A stretch of DNA of 63,844 nucleotides, filler included, from Craspedostauros australis (taxonomy: Eukaryota): the NCBI GenBank assembly GCA_030167865.1. It is 4 parts of 4 records of this genome, joined end to end, with 100 filler letters (N's around TTAATTAATTAA, not from the genome) between each part and the next. Parts side by side here need not be neighbours in the genome. Positions count along the whole stretch, not along the records: positions 1 to 28,840 come from JALAGF010003280.1; 3 more parts are not named here. One strand, written 5' to 3'. The notes under the pieces were generated by a model, which was given only the letters and a program-made list of their open reading frames with translations, was not told the origin of the DNA and did not search any database. The translations under genes and the position numbers were made by a program. Below are positions 1 to 11,934 of this stretch, one piece after another. How positions within the stretch are numbered: the stretch's first letter is position 1; the number at the start of each line of letters is the position of its first letter.

Positions 1-130
1 CCAAGCTGAGCGATGTGGCTGAAGGCGGACAGAACCAAGAACCAAGACCAACGAAAGACAACGCAAAAGCAAGGCAAGGAGACGGAAAGAGCGAGGCAAG
101 AGCATATAATACTCGAAGTGCACCCATACC

Positions 131-3100
131 ATGGCCCTCCGTGCCTTCCATGCCAACCCGCAAGTGGGTGGCTTCGGCGGAGAGAGCTCAGGCATCCTGC
201 GGGCGACTTCAGCATCTCTATTGCGACATCAGTCTGTTGCGAGTACAACTGGCAAAGGCAGACAACACAAGCAAGATACTGCTGGCAGCACCGCTGATGC
301 TGTTGACGACCACACAAGCGGCGATGCCTTCTGCCAGATCGTCAAGGAGCTTGTCGACAATGCTGTTGATGCATGTGCCACTTTGCAAAGAACAACTACA
401 ACAACAGCAACAGCAAAGCAATCAGACATGAAGCGTTCCTCATCGAAGAGAGGCCACAGTGTTGGCAATGGCAAAGCCAATGGCATACTAGTATGCAGCA
501 AGAATGGCAGTGCCAGAGATGATCAGTCGCAACCAGGACATACCTATCAGTCCAACCTTCGTGTGAGAGTGGAGATACAACCCTACACATCCAACAATCA
601 CAACCACGACAATGATGACAACGATGACAATGATGACAGCGATCGCAACGATGACTGTGACGACTCCATCCTCCAGGTTACAGTGTCTGATAATGGCTGC
701 GGCATGGCGGACACCCAACGATGCGTCAACGCCTTCCACACCAGCAAGGCCGCAACTGCCACGGCTGGTCGCTACGGAATTGGTCTCACCCTCTGCCTGG
801 TCCACGCACAACGGCTCGTCCCCAAATCCTTCGCATGCATCACATCGGCACGAGCGGCTTCCAAGTCATTGACGAGAGCGTTCTTCATCGTCAACACTGC
901 CAAGGACAAGGTGCTGTGTCACAAGAAGGAGAAGCTCGTCAAGAGCAACCCCAAGGAGAGCGGGACTTGCGTCAGTCTGTTAGTTCCGGTGAGTTCATTG
1001 ATCTGTGCGTTCTGTCTCGCAACATAGAGACACGTTTGTTTTGGACTGCTCGTTTGCGACAGCTGACACGTGATCACAGCCATGGTTGTCTCACCTCTCT
1101 TCTGTTTTGTTCTGCTCTACTCTACTCCACTTCACTCTATTAATATGCACTCCATCGCATTCTACTCTCATATACTCTTACGTACTGATGCCAACGTTTG
1201 CATGTTGTGTCTCGCAGGGAGGGGCCGGAGCAAGAAGCGCATGGCCACGACTGGCTGCTTACTTTGCCAGATTCCAATGGATTGGACCTGATCTCCCATG
1301 CCGGCTGGAAGTCTTCGCGCCGACCCTTTCGTCTGTTCCGATCTACATTCGAACACTCTCGCCGCACACATCGACCGCGCAAGGCGTCAAGCACCTGAAT
1401 GCTGGTTATGGCCAACCGAATGTAACGAAGACTAATCATACTGCCGTGGAAACACCACATAGCAACAGCAGCGATGATAGTGACGACGACATTGGCAGCA
1501 GCAACGGCAAAGACGAGCACAAGGTTACGCACTGGACGAATTGGGAAGATGCATTCCGAGAATGCTCCAATGATGACAATGATGATTGGAATAATCCCAA
1601 CATCCGCAACGACCAATTCCCTCACCAACAGCACCATCAACATCATTCACCATCAGAACAGCAGCCAACATCTTTGCCATCGTGCAATCGACGTCAAAAG
1701 CAAATCTCGCCACACGATGCACACAAAGAACGACGTGCGCACATTCTTCAAGCAGCGTCGATGCATCTGCAACAGCCATTGCAAGTTGGTATCGAGAACG
1801 TCGCCCATTCCAAACAGGTCATTCGCCTCTCTCAACGATCTGCCCAATCAACTCAGAAGCTCGCTGTCAACAAGAGATCAGCGACCGCCAACAGCAGCGA
1901 CGCTGCACAACTTCATGTCGACATGATTGTATGCGGCGCTAGTGAGCAGTCCACAATTGATGAAGAACCCAACGAGAACGGTGATCTTTCCTTGCACGGA
2001 ACATCCATCCAAGAATTTCTTCAGGATCATCATTCACCTACCCACTACGCCAACGCAACCAATATGGATGAAATGGCATCATCCGCCACAATGGAAGTCA
2101 TCCGATTCGTCAACGGCATTCCATTGATGGATGGAGCAGAGGCCGTTGCTTGTGGCTTGATGCATGGGATCCGCAGCAAGACAGTGTGGGGATCCTTCGG
2201 GCTGAAAGCCATCCCGACGTCACACGGGGATGACAGGGACAGCAGCGGCAGCAGAGGCACCAGTAGTCATCCGCTCAATCATCCACTGAATCTTTCAGAG
2301 CATGCGAAACAAAATTCCGTTGCAACCACATCAACACAGACCAGGACGCAAGAACAAGTGCAAACGAGCGTGGCGGCAGCAGCAGCAGCAGCAACGTCGA
2401 GGATTTCAAACAGTCACCAAATCAAGCACAATTTCGAAATTCATGATAGTGACCAAGTCCTTCCGTTCCTTGCCGATGCCAATTCGATTCATCGAAGTGA
2501 CCCGCGTACTCGTACGAATGTCACTCTCGGCTCAGGACCACTCAAGCACTCCAATCAACACAAGAGCGGGCATCAACGGAAGCGCAAGGTGGCGCATTCG
2601 CATTCGATGTACACCACCAACATGGAAGGCAGCGACGATCACATCTTCATGCCAGCGAAGGTGCGCTTGGGAAGAATCATCGTCCTCATCCATCTGCATG
2701 CAAAACCATCGCTGTTGCCACTCCCAACCCTCTCCAAGGTAAGACGCTGATGGATGTATCCCATTCAAGGATCTACCATCCAAGGAGTCAATCAAGGTGC
2801 CAACAAACGCTGAGTTTCTCACAACCACACTTGCTCTCTTCTGCATCAACTCGTACCCACGCACTATTCATAGGGCCGACTTCCGCTAAATCATCCACCG
2901 ATCCAAGCCGCGTTGCACAACGGGCTGAGAGAATGCTTGAAATGCATACAGACGACCAACCCAAACCTGCTGCTGACTGCGCATCAACTGAGATCAGCCG
3001 AAAGAGAGTCACGATACGTACCTGCCGTTTCGTGGGCGCTATCGCGAATGATCATGAACTCCAGCAACCAGCACATGAAGTCGTCCGCCCTTTCCACCGT

Positions 3101-3545
3101 GCGTGGTTGGGATCCAACTATGAACATAGACACGCGCCAAACCAACCAACGCGCTCACAACGATTATCCCGAGAGCGATGAGAGAACAAAGGAAGTGAAC
3201 ACAATCACTCCAGACACCTTGGCATCCATCATCAAGGAGCGGCTATTGGTGACATTGCAAGCTGCAGATGACGACCGCAAGAAATCGGTTGTGAACGGCA
3301 GAAAGAAGTCCAAGCACGTGGACGATGGGGAGCATCAACATCAAAAGGACTACGATGAGATGATGGAGGATCTGAACGCTGACGATGCCAGTGGCAATAA
3401 TCATGATGATCGTGTTGGCCGCGACGACGAAGGCCTGCGCCTCACAAAGATGGATGACCACGATGGTTACGCCAGCGGTGGTGAGCATGGCAACACCAAT
3501 TGCAACGATGCCAGTGAGCACAGCGATCTAGATGAATTTGTGTAG
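131..3545 (+). CDS. Divergent DNA topoisomerase VI subunit B-like protein (GHKL ATPase + transducer); exons 131-988, 1218-2738, 2874-3545
   Basis: Bergerat-fold motifs KELVDNAVD, VSDNGCGM and GRYGIGL. The transducer-like segment VIRFVNGIPL...ACGL...WGSFGL resembles TopoVIB RFANRIPL...WKxYGL, followed by IIVLIHLHAK..LPLPTLSK. Two phase-0 GT-AG introns (989-1217, 2739-2873) join the three ORFs in frame. Start codon uncertain. Confidence 0.8.
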
Positions 3546-3957
3546 AGCAAGTCTAAAGGCCCGCGGAGGTCCTGGGACTCTCAGCCAGAACGACCATCTC
3601 CAGCAGACCAAAAAGGTGCGGAAGGTGGCGGATACCATCGTTGCGAGGTACGCATGGGAGAAGATGAGGAGAACAGAAAGGGAAACTCCATATCAGTCTA
3701 CGTCGTCGAGGATAGAGTCTGAGTGGGATCTGGGGTAAATAAACTTATCGATCATATTCACAATCAAACTTCACCGCAGCTCCCGATCGGAAACTGAATC
3801 ATTCCGCATCACAAGAGACAACCAACGTCACCGACATCACCAGCGCAACTCAACACATCCACACTCAACACAGGACGCATCGCCTCATTGAAGTCGACTT
3901 CAACAATCCATGCAACTGATACATTGAAAATCAGAATCTCAGCGCAGGACAGGTCGG

Positions 3958-5658
3958 ATGCAGAAGACGAAGACGATGATCAAGAACAACAATCTTCCAC
4001 AAACAGCGGCACGGAGCGTGTCTCGCGGCACGGTCCTGCCTTCGTTGATCGTCGTATCAGCGTTGCTGCTGATGCTGGTCGTCTCAGCTCCCACCACTGT
4101 CCATGGGTTCTCAACCCATCAGCCATCGCACTGCCGTGCGACATCTCCATCCAACGCACGCAAGACTACCAGTCCTGAACCAAACGTAGAGTATGGGGAT
4201 GCGCCGGCTACTGCTGGCACCATGGAAGGCGCGCACAGCCATCAAACACGACGCGATCACGTCCTCAGCACACTCAGGACCGTCGCAGCGGTCGGCGCAT
4301 CAGTCGCCTTCACGCCACTCGCAGCCTTCGCAGCAGACCCCATCACGACGAAAGAAATCGACAACGTGGGATCGATAATACAACGAGCAGGCCGACCAAA
4401 GCCGTTGAAGGTGTTGCGTCGCAAGCTGAACTTGGAGTTCGCGGTTCTTCTCATGAGGTCTTCGTACATGGTCTTGGATGAGCTGGATTGCGTGGCAATG
4501 TAAGTGAGAAGATGCAAAAACACAAGCAGATGTTGCCGCCCGAAATGACAGCGTGCGCTGGTGAAACGAAAACATGATCAGTTGCAACGAAGGACGGTTG
4601 CCACGTTCAAAGGTTGTCGTCAGAAATCCATTGGTTTATCTGTTGTTTCCAGGCAACACCATGATCATGCGTCCAATCTCTATTCGGGGGACACTCTTCG
4701 TTCAGCGACTAACCTTCACATCTACACACCGCTCCCTTTGGCCATTTGTCCATCCATCCGTCATCATTCAAAAACGGACTTGGCGTGAGAACAACAGGGA
4801 TCAATTCCAACGAGATTTCTTCCTCATTCGGCAGGCGGAATACGAGAACTATCTGAAGCTGGTCGGCCCTGGGCTCGTGCAGCAAGGAGATCTCACGGAC
4901 CCATACTACTTCGATCTCATTTCGTTGGCACAGCACGAAGCCATGGAAAGAGACTTGACAAAGAATCCGCCCATGGTGTTCACAGAACAGCAACCGGTGG
5001 ATCAGGGGGAGGGAGAACCGCAGCGCTTTGACGCCGTGTTGGTGAAACGTGATCCGTTCATTACCAACGATAAATTGGTGGCAGAACACGGGCGCAGAGT
5101 TGGATCTATGATCCTTAATCGCCTCCAGGAGACCTTCAGCAACAGCGCTGCCGCCATTCCCAAAATCGAACCGAACAGCAGACCAAGCGCAGGTACGTCT
5201 TTGCAGCATGGCAGGCAGCACCTGCAGGAGCATTTGCATGATGCTGGGATGTGAATGAAATGCATGTTTCAAAGCGGGTGATCTCACACCGTGCATCATG
5301 TTGCCTCCTCCTCGTTCTCTTCCCATGTTCTGCAGACGTTTTCGTCGGTGCTGTGAAGCAGATGGTCAACCTGTTCCTCATCAACGGTTTCGCCTTCGGT
5401 GCCAACGTGTCTGTGCTCGGTGGCAGCAGCACCAAATCGGGTTCCGCCAACAGTGATGGTTTCCAGATCAGCATCGAACTTGATTCGCCAGCAACACTCT
5501 GGGGTGGCAGGGTGCTTCAGTACCAGCGATCGAGCTTGGACAATGACTATGTGCGCAAGGTGACAGAGGAGATGGCAAGAAGAGCAGGTTACGCTGTGAA
5601 GTCATCATCCATCAAGCACGACGGCAAGACGCAGCGCACCATCGTTACATTGGCATAG
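3958..5658 (+). CDS. Hypothetical plastid-targeted, probably thylakoid-lumen, protein; exons 3958-4499, 4798-5192, 5336-5658
   Basis: Hydrophobic signal peptide ending VHG-F, an S/R-rich transit peptide, then TRRDHVLSTLRTVAAVGASVAFTPLAAFA-A (twin-Arg, hydrophobic stretch, AxA site). GT-AG introns 4500-4797 and 5193-5335 join the ORFs in frame. Confidence 0.75.
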
Positions 5659-6843
5659 ATTGCATGGCATGATGCGCTGTAGCATGGCGTAGTTTGGGGC
5701 GGCAATCCTGATACTGCCAACCATGGCAGAGGCAGCGATGCCTTTCCTTTGATGAATGAATGCACCCGTGATGCATTGTAGACTAGGGAGTGCGCCGAAA
5801 TCACCATATAATCGTGTTCTGTGGTCTGATTGAAAGCCCAATGGTGTGCACTAGCATCGTAACAGCAGCAGCATCAGTAGCAAGAAGTATCGTCTGCTCG
5901 TCATCGTCGCCACCACAGTAGATCCAAACTGCGTCAACATCCAGATGATCTCATCCACCCTCAGTGCAGAACGCAGTGCAGAACACTGTCGTGAATGATC
6001 AATGCCAACGCCAACCTCGTCTTCAGGACAGCAAGCACAGCATGCGCAATAGCTTGACTGGAGCCGTACCACGAGGATAGACTGAAATCGTGCCGAAACA
6101 CGATGCGTTTGAAAAAATGGCGCCAAACGGATCACGACACAAATTACGTCACAAACTGTCTCATTTATGTCTTTTTCATGTCGCATAAGTGTCTTCCACA
6201 AGATCAACCTCGAAATGACCTTCCGCAACTCTCCAATCTTGTTTCGGCCACCACAGCCCACGAAAAACGTCCAAGTTGGCACGATTTGTGATTTCGCTTC
6301 GTGACCAGACACACCTCTCTCCGCGAAGAGGAATCGTTGGTGAGAATTTCTCCCGAAACCTTTTGATGTCTCTCTTGTGGGTGCGTTTGTGGTTCTTGTA
6401 TCTGTAACAAATATGTTCCGTGTACACCCAAGGGAGCATCACCATAGCACGCCACTCCAAGTGTTGCAAAGAGTGAAGGGATACATTCATTCGCATGGGC
6501 ATTGAAGTGTACGCACTCGACTCTGCTTGACCGTGTGTACACTTGTCGGAATACCCATCCTTCCACACTGCAGCGAAGCCAACAGTCACCTCTCCATACC
6601 GCACCGCACAACATCATACCATACCAATCACTTCCTTGAGATCGAGCATCGGCAACGAGGCTCAGACTATTCATACATACAGACAGACAAGCCAGATCCT
6701 TCCATTGACAGCGACACTGGCTTTGGCCTTGACCTTGACTTTGACTCGATACCATAGTGACGACGCACGTTGGGAGAGCATCAACGATCTACAGTGTCAC
6801 ACACCCACGGTCACCAAAGGCAAGCCCAACGTAGAGCACCATC

Positions 6844-9800
6844 ATGGGAAAGAAGTATCCTTGGGAGTCCTCGTCCTCGGAAGAGGAAGATGTCGCCGGT
6901 GGCGGCGGCGGTGATGATGATGGCTCCAGCAGCGAGTCCTCGGACGAAGGTGACATCATGAAGATGCTGCGCGGGCCCAAGAAACGCGGTGCCTCGAGCA
7001 GCAGCAGCAGCAGCGAGTCGGAAGAAGACAAGAAGCCAGCCTCGATGACCCCGTACTGGGTGGAGGGCAACAACGACGATGACTCTTCGTCGGACGGCAA
7101 CTCTAGCGCCGATGTGGAAGTGGAATCCCCGTCCGAGGCTTCACCATCGCCCAAGCCGAAACGGAAGATCAAGGCAGCTGCCAAGGCCAAGGGCAAATCG
7201 AAAGGCAAGGCGAAACCACGGCAGAGCGATGGCAATTGGTGGGAGAAGGAGGCTGCCTCCGATGCTGAGGAGGACGATGTGCCCGTGAAAAAGAAGAAGG
7301 CAGGCAAGAAGGTCTCATCCAAAGAGCCAGAGGAGGACGAACACCAGATGGGCACCCGAATTGAACGATTGATGCGACTCGCAAAGGACTCTGACAACGA
7401 CACAAAGAGCAGCGCCCCGTCTGCCGCTGCCCAACGGAGAACGGATGAGGGGAGCAGCAGCGAGAGCGAAGACGACCAGGATGATGGCGACGACAACAGC
7501 AGCAAGAGTAGCAGCAGCAGTGATAGCAGCAACAGCACAAACAGCAGCAAAAGCAGTAGCAGCAACAGTGATAGCAGCAACAGCTCAAACAGCAGCAAAA
7601 CCAGTGCCAACAGCAAAAGCATTCCGAGCAGCAAACGCAGCATGAATCCCACGAGTCAAACAAGCATGAAGAGCAGCAGAAGTAACAAGAGTTACCAGAG
7701 CAGCAAAAGTGGCAAGAGCAGTAAGAGCAACAAGAGCCACCAGAGCAGCAAAAGTGGCAAGAGCAGTAAGAGCAACGAGAGCCGCCAGAGCAGCAGAAGT
7801 AGCAGGAAAGACACTCCATCCATCCATGAAGAGTCCGAGGATCATCATGACAACAGCGATGACGAGTCGTCGTTCGAATCAGCCATGCCGATATCCATGC
7901 GACGGGTACCTCCAAGCCAACGGAGCGTTGAAACGAACGGAACGTCCACCGATGGTGACATGACACGGCAACCCGATGCATCGTCGCCAAGACGCGGCGG
8001 TGATGGCGCAACCACCGGCAGTTCCGAATACGAGGAGATCGAACAGCCGACAACAGACGACCACTCTTCCGACTTCGAGGAGGAGGAGGTGGTGAGCGAG
8101 GCTGAAACCGCGGAGACCGAATTGGAACCATCCCAACGAAAGACTCGTTCCACGAAGGGAAACTCGCGACACTCGCGGCAGTCCAGACCATCTGACCGCT
8201 CCGGCCATTCAAGACGGTCGCAGGAGTCCATCGGAGACACGACATCGCCACCAACTTCACCGGCGCCAGCATCTTACCGATCCATGAGCACGTCCACCAA
8301 GTCCGTGTCGCTGCGGCAGCAGGCATCGGTGCACACATCGGCATCCGAAAACGCCGGCACCAAGGGACCAAGTTCCGTTTCCTCCATGTCCCAATCTTCG
8401 GTGTCGCCACGACAACGGCCATCCTCCAGGACGTCGAGGAATGCGAAGAAAGATGACCACATTGACAACCGAGGTTCCTTCGGCACGTTGGATTCCAAGA
8501 TGCTCAACACCGACGAAGAATCCTTTGCAGAGAAATCTGCCGCTTCGACTTCCGCGCACTCTCGACGCTCCAAGCGCTCCGCGACTTCTGTGCCGAAGAA
8601 GCCCGCATCGTCCAAATCGCAGCTATCGTCCTCCATGAGGCAGCAGAGATCCGCAGAGGCTCCGCAGAACCCCGAATTATCCTTGCCGCCACAATCGTCC
8701 CGCTCGCAGGTATCTCAACCATCCCGACGTTCTCTGAACGAGCGCAAGTCCACGCACTCCTCGGCATCGGCCACGGAACGTCAGCGGTCGACGCGATCGG
8801 ACATGTCAGGACAAGCATCATCCAGACCAAACTCGGTGCATCCTGCACCCGAGCTAACACAGGCAGGATTGGAATCGCAACATAGCGAAGCCGAACTCAT
8901 GGATCCACCATCGCAACGGTTGCAGCCGGTGGATGAAGATCATGAACTGGGCAACATGCACATCTCTCGCCATGAGGCAGACGACGCGGAAGAAGAGATC
9001 GTCTTTGGCGATCCGGAGACAGCAGAAGACTCCGAACCACCGGCAAAGAAAAAGAAGAAGAAAGGGTTCTTCGGTCGCCTCTTCGGTGGAATGTTCAAGG
9101 GAGGCAAGAAGAAGAAAAGTGATGAAGGAGACGACAACAATGATTATGGCGGTGATGAGGAACAGCCAGCCCGACGACCTGATAATGGGCCCAGCCGCGA
9201 CCAGAGAGCGGCAGACGCTAACAATGTTCCGTACGTGGACGAAAGAAGGGATCCAAGGCAACAACAGCAGCAACCCTACGTGCCACCAGCGTCGCAGCAC
9301 TCGGCGCAAGCCCCGAATCGCCAAGGGTACCAGAATATGCAGTCGCAGCACTCGCAACCAGAAACCATGCGACGACAGAGCTCCCGATCGAGACAATCGC
9401 AATCGCAACCACAATCGCAACCACAGACATCGCGACAGTCTAGCAGAGGCTCGGGGAATGCCTCTCGTGTCCCGGAGAATGTGACGGCCGACACCTCGAC
9501 CCAATCTTATCACGACCGTCACAGTCAAGGCTCGTACAACCTCGATGACACCATGGCATCCTCGCGACAGCAGCAACAGGGACAGGACCCTACGGACCAC
9601 GAATCAATCATCGGGGAAAGTCAGAGCAACGCTCAGCAGGAGGGATCTCGCTACAGCGTGCCATCATCCGGGCGGGGCAGCACTGCAGGTCGACCCAGCT
9701 CGCAGTATTCGAACACGCCCGCATCAAACAATCCTGCCGACGTGGATGGGGACAGCGTCCTCAAGTCAAGCGTCGCCAGCAGCCGCAGGACGACGAACGA

Positions 9801-11934
9801 TCGGGACCCAACAGATCCACAGCCACAACATACGGGGCCTCAACCGATTCCGCAAAAGTCTCAAAACATGACGGGGGACAACAGCCGACGATCCGAACGT
9901 TCGCAATGGTCACAACACACGGATGGATCAGAAACCAACAATTCGTACGAACGTCCGTTGAAGCCGCCGGCAGGTGATGACTCGAGCCATCAGTCACGCC
10001 AGACGGATGACCTGGAGTCGTTTGCAGGCGAAGACTTCACGGACGCGTCAGCCACAGGCATGCGCCAATCATCGCACCACAGCAGGAAAATGCGACGCAC
10101 GAACAGCGAAGATGGGCAGCAGTCGGTCGATAGCCGCTACACGGAGTACGACAATGATGATCGCGGCATTGGGAGCATCGCTCCTGGCGGCGGCGGCCTG
10201 AGCGACATCGACGAGCGTGGAGAATCCAGTGGGCACGATTCTTCCGAACCTGGCCTGCCCGATCCACCAGAAGAGGCAAGGAGGCGCAGATTGGAGGAAG
10301 AGGAGAATCGAAGGAAGAAGGTTGCTGGGGGTGGATTTGCCGACGATCCATGCTGCGTCTTGATTATCCTGGCAATCTTGCTCTTAGCCTTGGTGGGTGT
10401 TGGCATCGGAGGATACCTGCTCTATGAATACGAAATCAAGGACGACTCGTCGCCAGCTCTCCTGACCACATTCCCTCCGTCGGTCATCGGCGCAACCGAC
10501 GCGCCAGCCGCGGCACCCACGGTGTCCCCCTCGGCTGGGATGACCAGTCCCCCCACTGCAGATTCAACCACCAAGCCAACACCAATCACTGAGAGCCCAA
10601 CCATGCTTCCAACCCGTTCACCTGTCATTCCAATTACGCAGGCTCCAACCCTGTCTCTCCAAAGCAGGGTCATTGCATTGACACGAACCGTCTCGCCAGA
10701 GTCCGCGTTCGACGATCCGCTCAGTCCGCAATCAAGATCGCTGAACTGGCTCCTCGACAGTCGGCGAGTGAGGAACGATGATGACGAGAAGATCCTCCGT
10801 CGGTATGTGCTCGGTGTCTTCTACTACAGCACCGACGGTGACAACTGGACCGTCAACAGAGACTGGCTTTCGGAAGCCGACGAGTGCGCATGGCACTTCA
10901 CAGGCATCGAACCATCCTGCAATGGGTTCTTCGCAATCGCCAACCTCTTCTTGCCGAACAACAACCTTCGCGGGACGTTGCCGAATGAGCTCAGCGCACT
11001 GTCGTCCGACCTCAGACAAATCCATCTGGAAGGCAACGAGCTTGTTGGCAACATCCCAACCCACTACGGCGAGTTGGCACGTCTCACGTCTGTGCGGCTA
11101 TCAGGAAACAAGCTGATTGGGGATCTGCCCGCTCAGATCGAGAACTGGCAGATCCTGCGGGACTTGGATGTCTCCAACAACCAAATGGATGGAATGATCA
11201 CGTCATCCATCGGTGCGTTGACGAGCCTGACGAGCCTCGATCTGTCTCAAAACATGCTAGCTGGTCGGCTCGTATCGGAGATTGGCCGACTGTCCACGCT
11301 GCGATCGATGAACTTGGAGAACAACTCGTTGCGCGGCACTGTGCCCAGAACGATTGGATCGATGTCGTCGCTGACGAACCTCAATCTGGCCGAGAATGAG
11401 TTCACCAACATCCCAACGCAAATCGGCAGTCTGAGATCGTTGACCAACCTTTCCATGCGTCAGAACGATCTCGAGAGCACCATCCCGAGCCACATCGGAC
11501 TGCTGGCCAACCTCGAACGTCTGGATCTGAGCAACAACCAGCTGATCTTCACGATCCCCACCCAGTTAGGCAACATGCGGAGCTTGAAGGATCTCGTGCT
11601 CGAGAATAACAGCTTGGAGTCCTTGTTGCCTAGCCACATGGGACGCCTTTCCAACTTGCAGCGTCTGAACGTCCGCAACAACGACCTCACTGGAAATCTC
11701 CCGGAACAGATGTCCAACATGCAGTCGCTGATCAAGCTGCGAGTCGACGACAACTCCTTCGTCGGATCCTTCCCAACCGGTCTATGCGATCTCTTCGACT
11801 TGGACATTTCCAGCTACTACGCCGACTGCTCCGAAGTGGAGTGCCCTTGCTGCAATTTCTGCTGCGAAGATGGGGATCCTCGATGCACCTGTCCGTTCAA
11901 GCAAACCAATCCAATCCTCTGCATTGATCCATAA
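6844..11934 (+). CDS. Type II membrane leucine-rich-repeat receptor-like protein (no kinase), 1696 aa
   Basis: Single long ORF: ~1170-aa S/D/K-rich disordered N-terminus, TM (CCVLIILAILLLALVGVGIGGYLLY, ~10351-10425), P/T stalk, pre-LRR cap (RYVLGVFYYSTDGDNW...WLS...ECAW), plant-type LRRs (LxLxxNxLxGxIPxxxGxL), Cys-rich C-cap (CPCCNFCC). Confidence 0.9.
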   Translation: MGKKYPWESSSSEEEDVAGGGGGDDDGSSSESSDEGDIMKMLRGPKKRGASSSSSSSESEEDKKPASMTPYWVEGNNDDDSSSDGNSSADVEVESPSEASPSPKPKRKIKAAAKAKGKSKGKAKPRQSDGNWWEKEAASDAEEDDVPVKKKKAGKKVSSKEPEEDEHQMGTRIERLMRLAKDSDNDTKSSAPSAAAQRRTDEGSSSESEDDQDDGDDNSSKSSSSSDSSNSTNSSKSSSSNSDSSNSSNSSKTSANSKSIPSSKRSMNPTSQTSMKSSRSNKSYQSSKSGKSSKSNKSHQSSKSGKSSKSNESRQSSRSSRKDTPSIHEESEDHHDNSDDESSFESAMPISMRRVPPSQRSVETNGTSTDGDMTRQPDASSPRRGGDGATTGSSEYEEIEQPTTDDHSSDFEEEEVVSEAETAETELEPSQRKTRSTKGNSRHSRQSRPSDRSGHSRRSQESIGDTTSPPTSPAPASYRSMSTSTKSVSLRQQASVHTSASENAGTKGPSSVSSMSQSSVSPRQRPSSRTSRNAKKDDHIDNRGSFGTLDSKMLNTDEESFAEKSAASTSAHSRRSKRSATSVPKKPASSKSQLSSSMRQQRSAEAPQNPELSLPPQSSRSQVSQPSRRSLNERKSTHSSASATERQRSTRSDMSGQASSRPNSVHPAPELTQAGLESQHSEAELMDPPSQRLQPVDEDHELGNMHISRHEADDAEEEIVFGDPETAEDSEPPAKKKKKKGFFGRLFGGMFKGGKKKKSDEGDDNNDYGGDEEQPARRPDNGPSRDQRAADANNVPYVDERRDPRQQQQQPYVPPASQHSAQAPNRQGYQNMQSQHSQPETMRRQSSRSRQSQSQPQSQPQTSRQSSRGSGNASRVPENVTADTSTQSYHDRHSQGSYNLDDTMASSRQQQQGQDPTDHESIIGESQSNAQQEGSRYSVPSSGRGSTAGRPSSQYSNTPASNNPADVDGDSVLKSSVASSRRTTNDRDPTDPQPQHTGPQPIPQKSQNMTGDNSRRSERSQWSQHTDGSETNNSYERPLKPPAGDDSSHQSRQTDDLESFAGEDFTDASATGMRQSSHHSRKMRRTNSEDGQQSVDSRYTEYDNDDRGIGSIAPGGGGLSDIDERGESSGHDSSEPGLPDPPEEARRRRLEEEENRRKKVAGGGFADDPCCVLIILAILLLALVGVGIGGYLLYEYEIKDDSSPALLTTFPPSVIGATDAPAAAPTVSPSAGMTSPPTADSTTKPTPITESPTMLPTRSPVIPITQAPTLSLQSRVIALTRTVSPESAFDDPLSPQSRSLNWLLDSRRVRNDDDEKILRRYVLGVFYYSTDGDNWTVNRDWLSEADECAWHFTGIEPSCNGFFAIANLFLPNNNLRGTLPNELSALSSDLRQIHLEGNELVGNIPTHYGELARLTSVRLSGNKLIGDLPAQIENWQILRDLDVSNNQMDGMITSSIGALTSLTSLDLSQNMLAGRLVSEIGRLSTLRSMNLENNSLRGTVPRTIGSMSSLTNLNLAENEFTNIPTQIGSLRSLTNLSMRQNDLESTIPSHIGLLANLERLDLSNNQLIFTIPTQLGNMRSLKDLVLENNSLESLLPSHMGRLSNLQRLNVRNNDLTGNLPEQMSNMQSLIKLRVDDNSFVGSFPTGLCDLFDLDISSYYADCSEVECPCCNFCCEDGDPRCTCPFKQTNPILCIDP
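7498..7806 (+). repeat. In-frame coding tandem repeats (about 48-nt and 45-nt units) encoding SSKSSSSSDSSNS and QSSKSGKSSKSN
   Basis: agtgatagcagcaacagc recurs at 7519 and 7567; cagagcagcaaaagtggcaagagcagtaagagcaac recurs at 7696 and 7741. Confidence 0.85.

Noticed and set aside
6789..7652. Long antisense ORFs over the LRR, HA and DUF4239 genes (e.g. 6789-7652, 12993-13871, 27331-28320, 39673-41031, 50522-51190)
   Set aside because: Shadow frames of GC-rich or low-complexity coding sequence on the opposite strand; no independent motifs.
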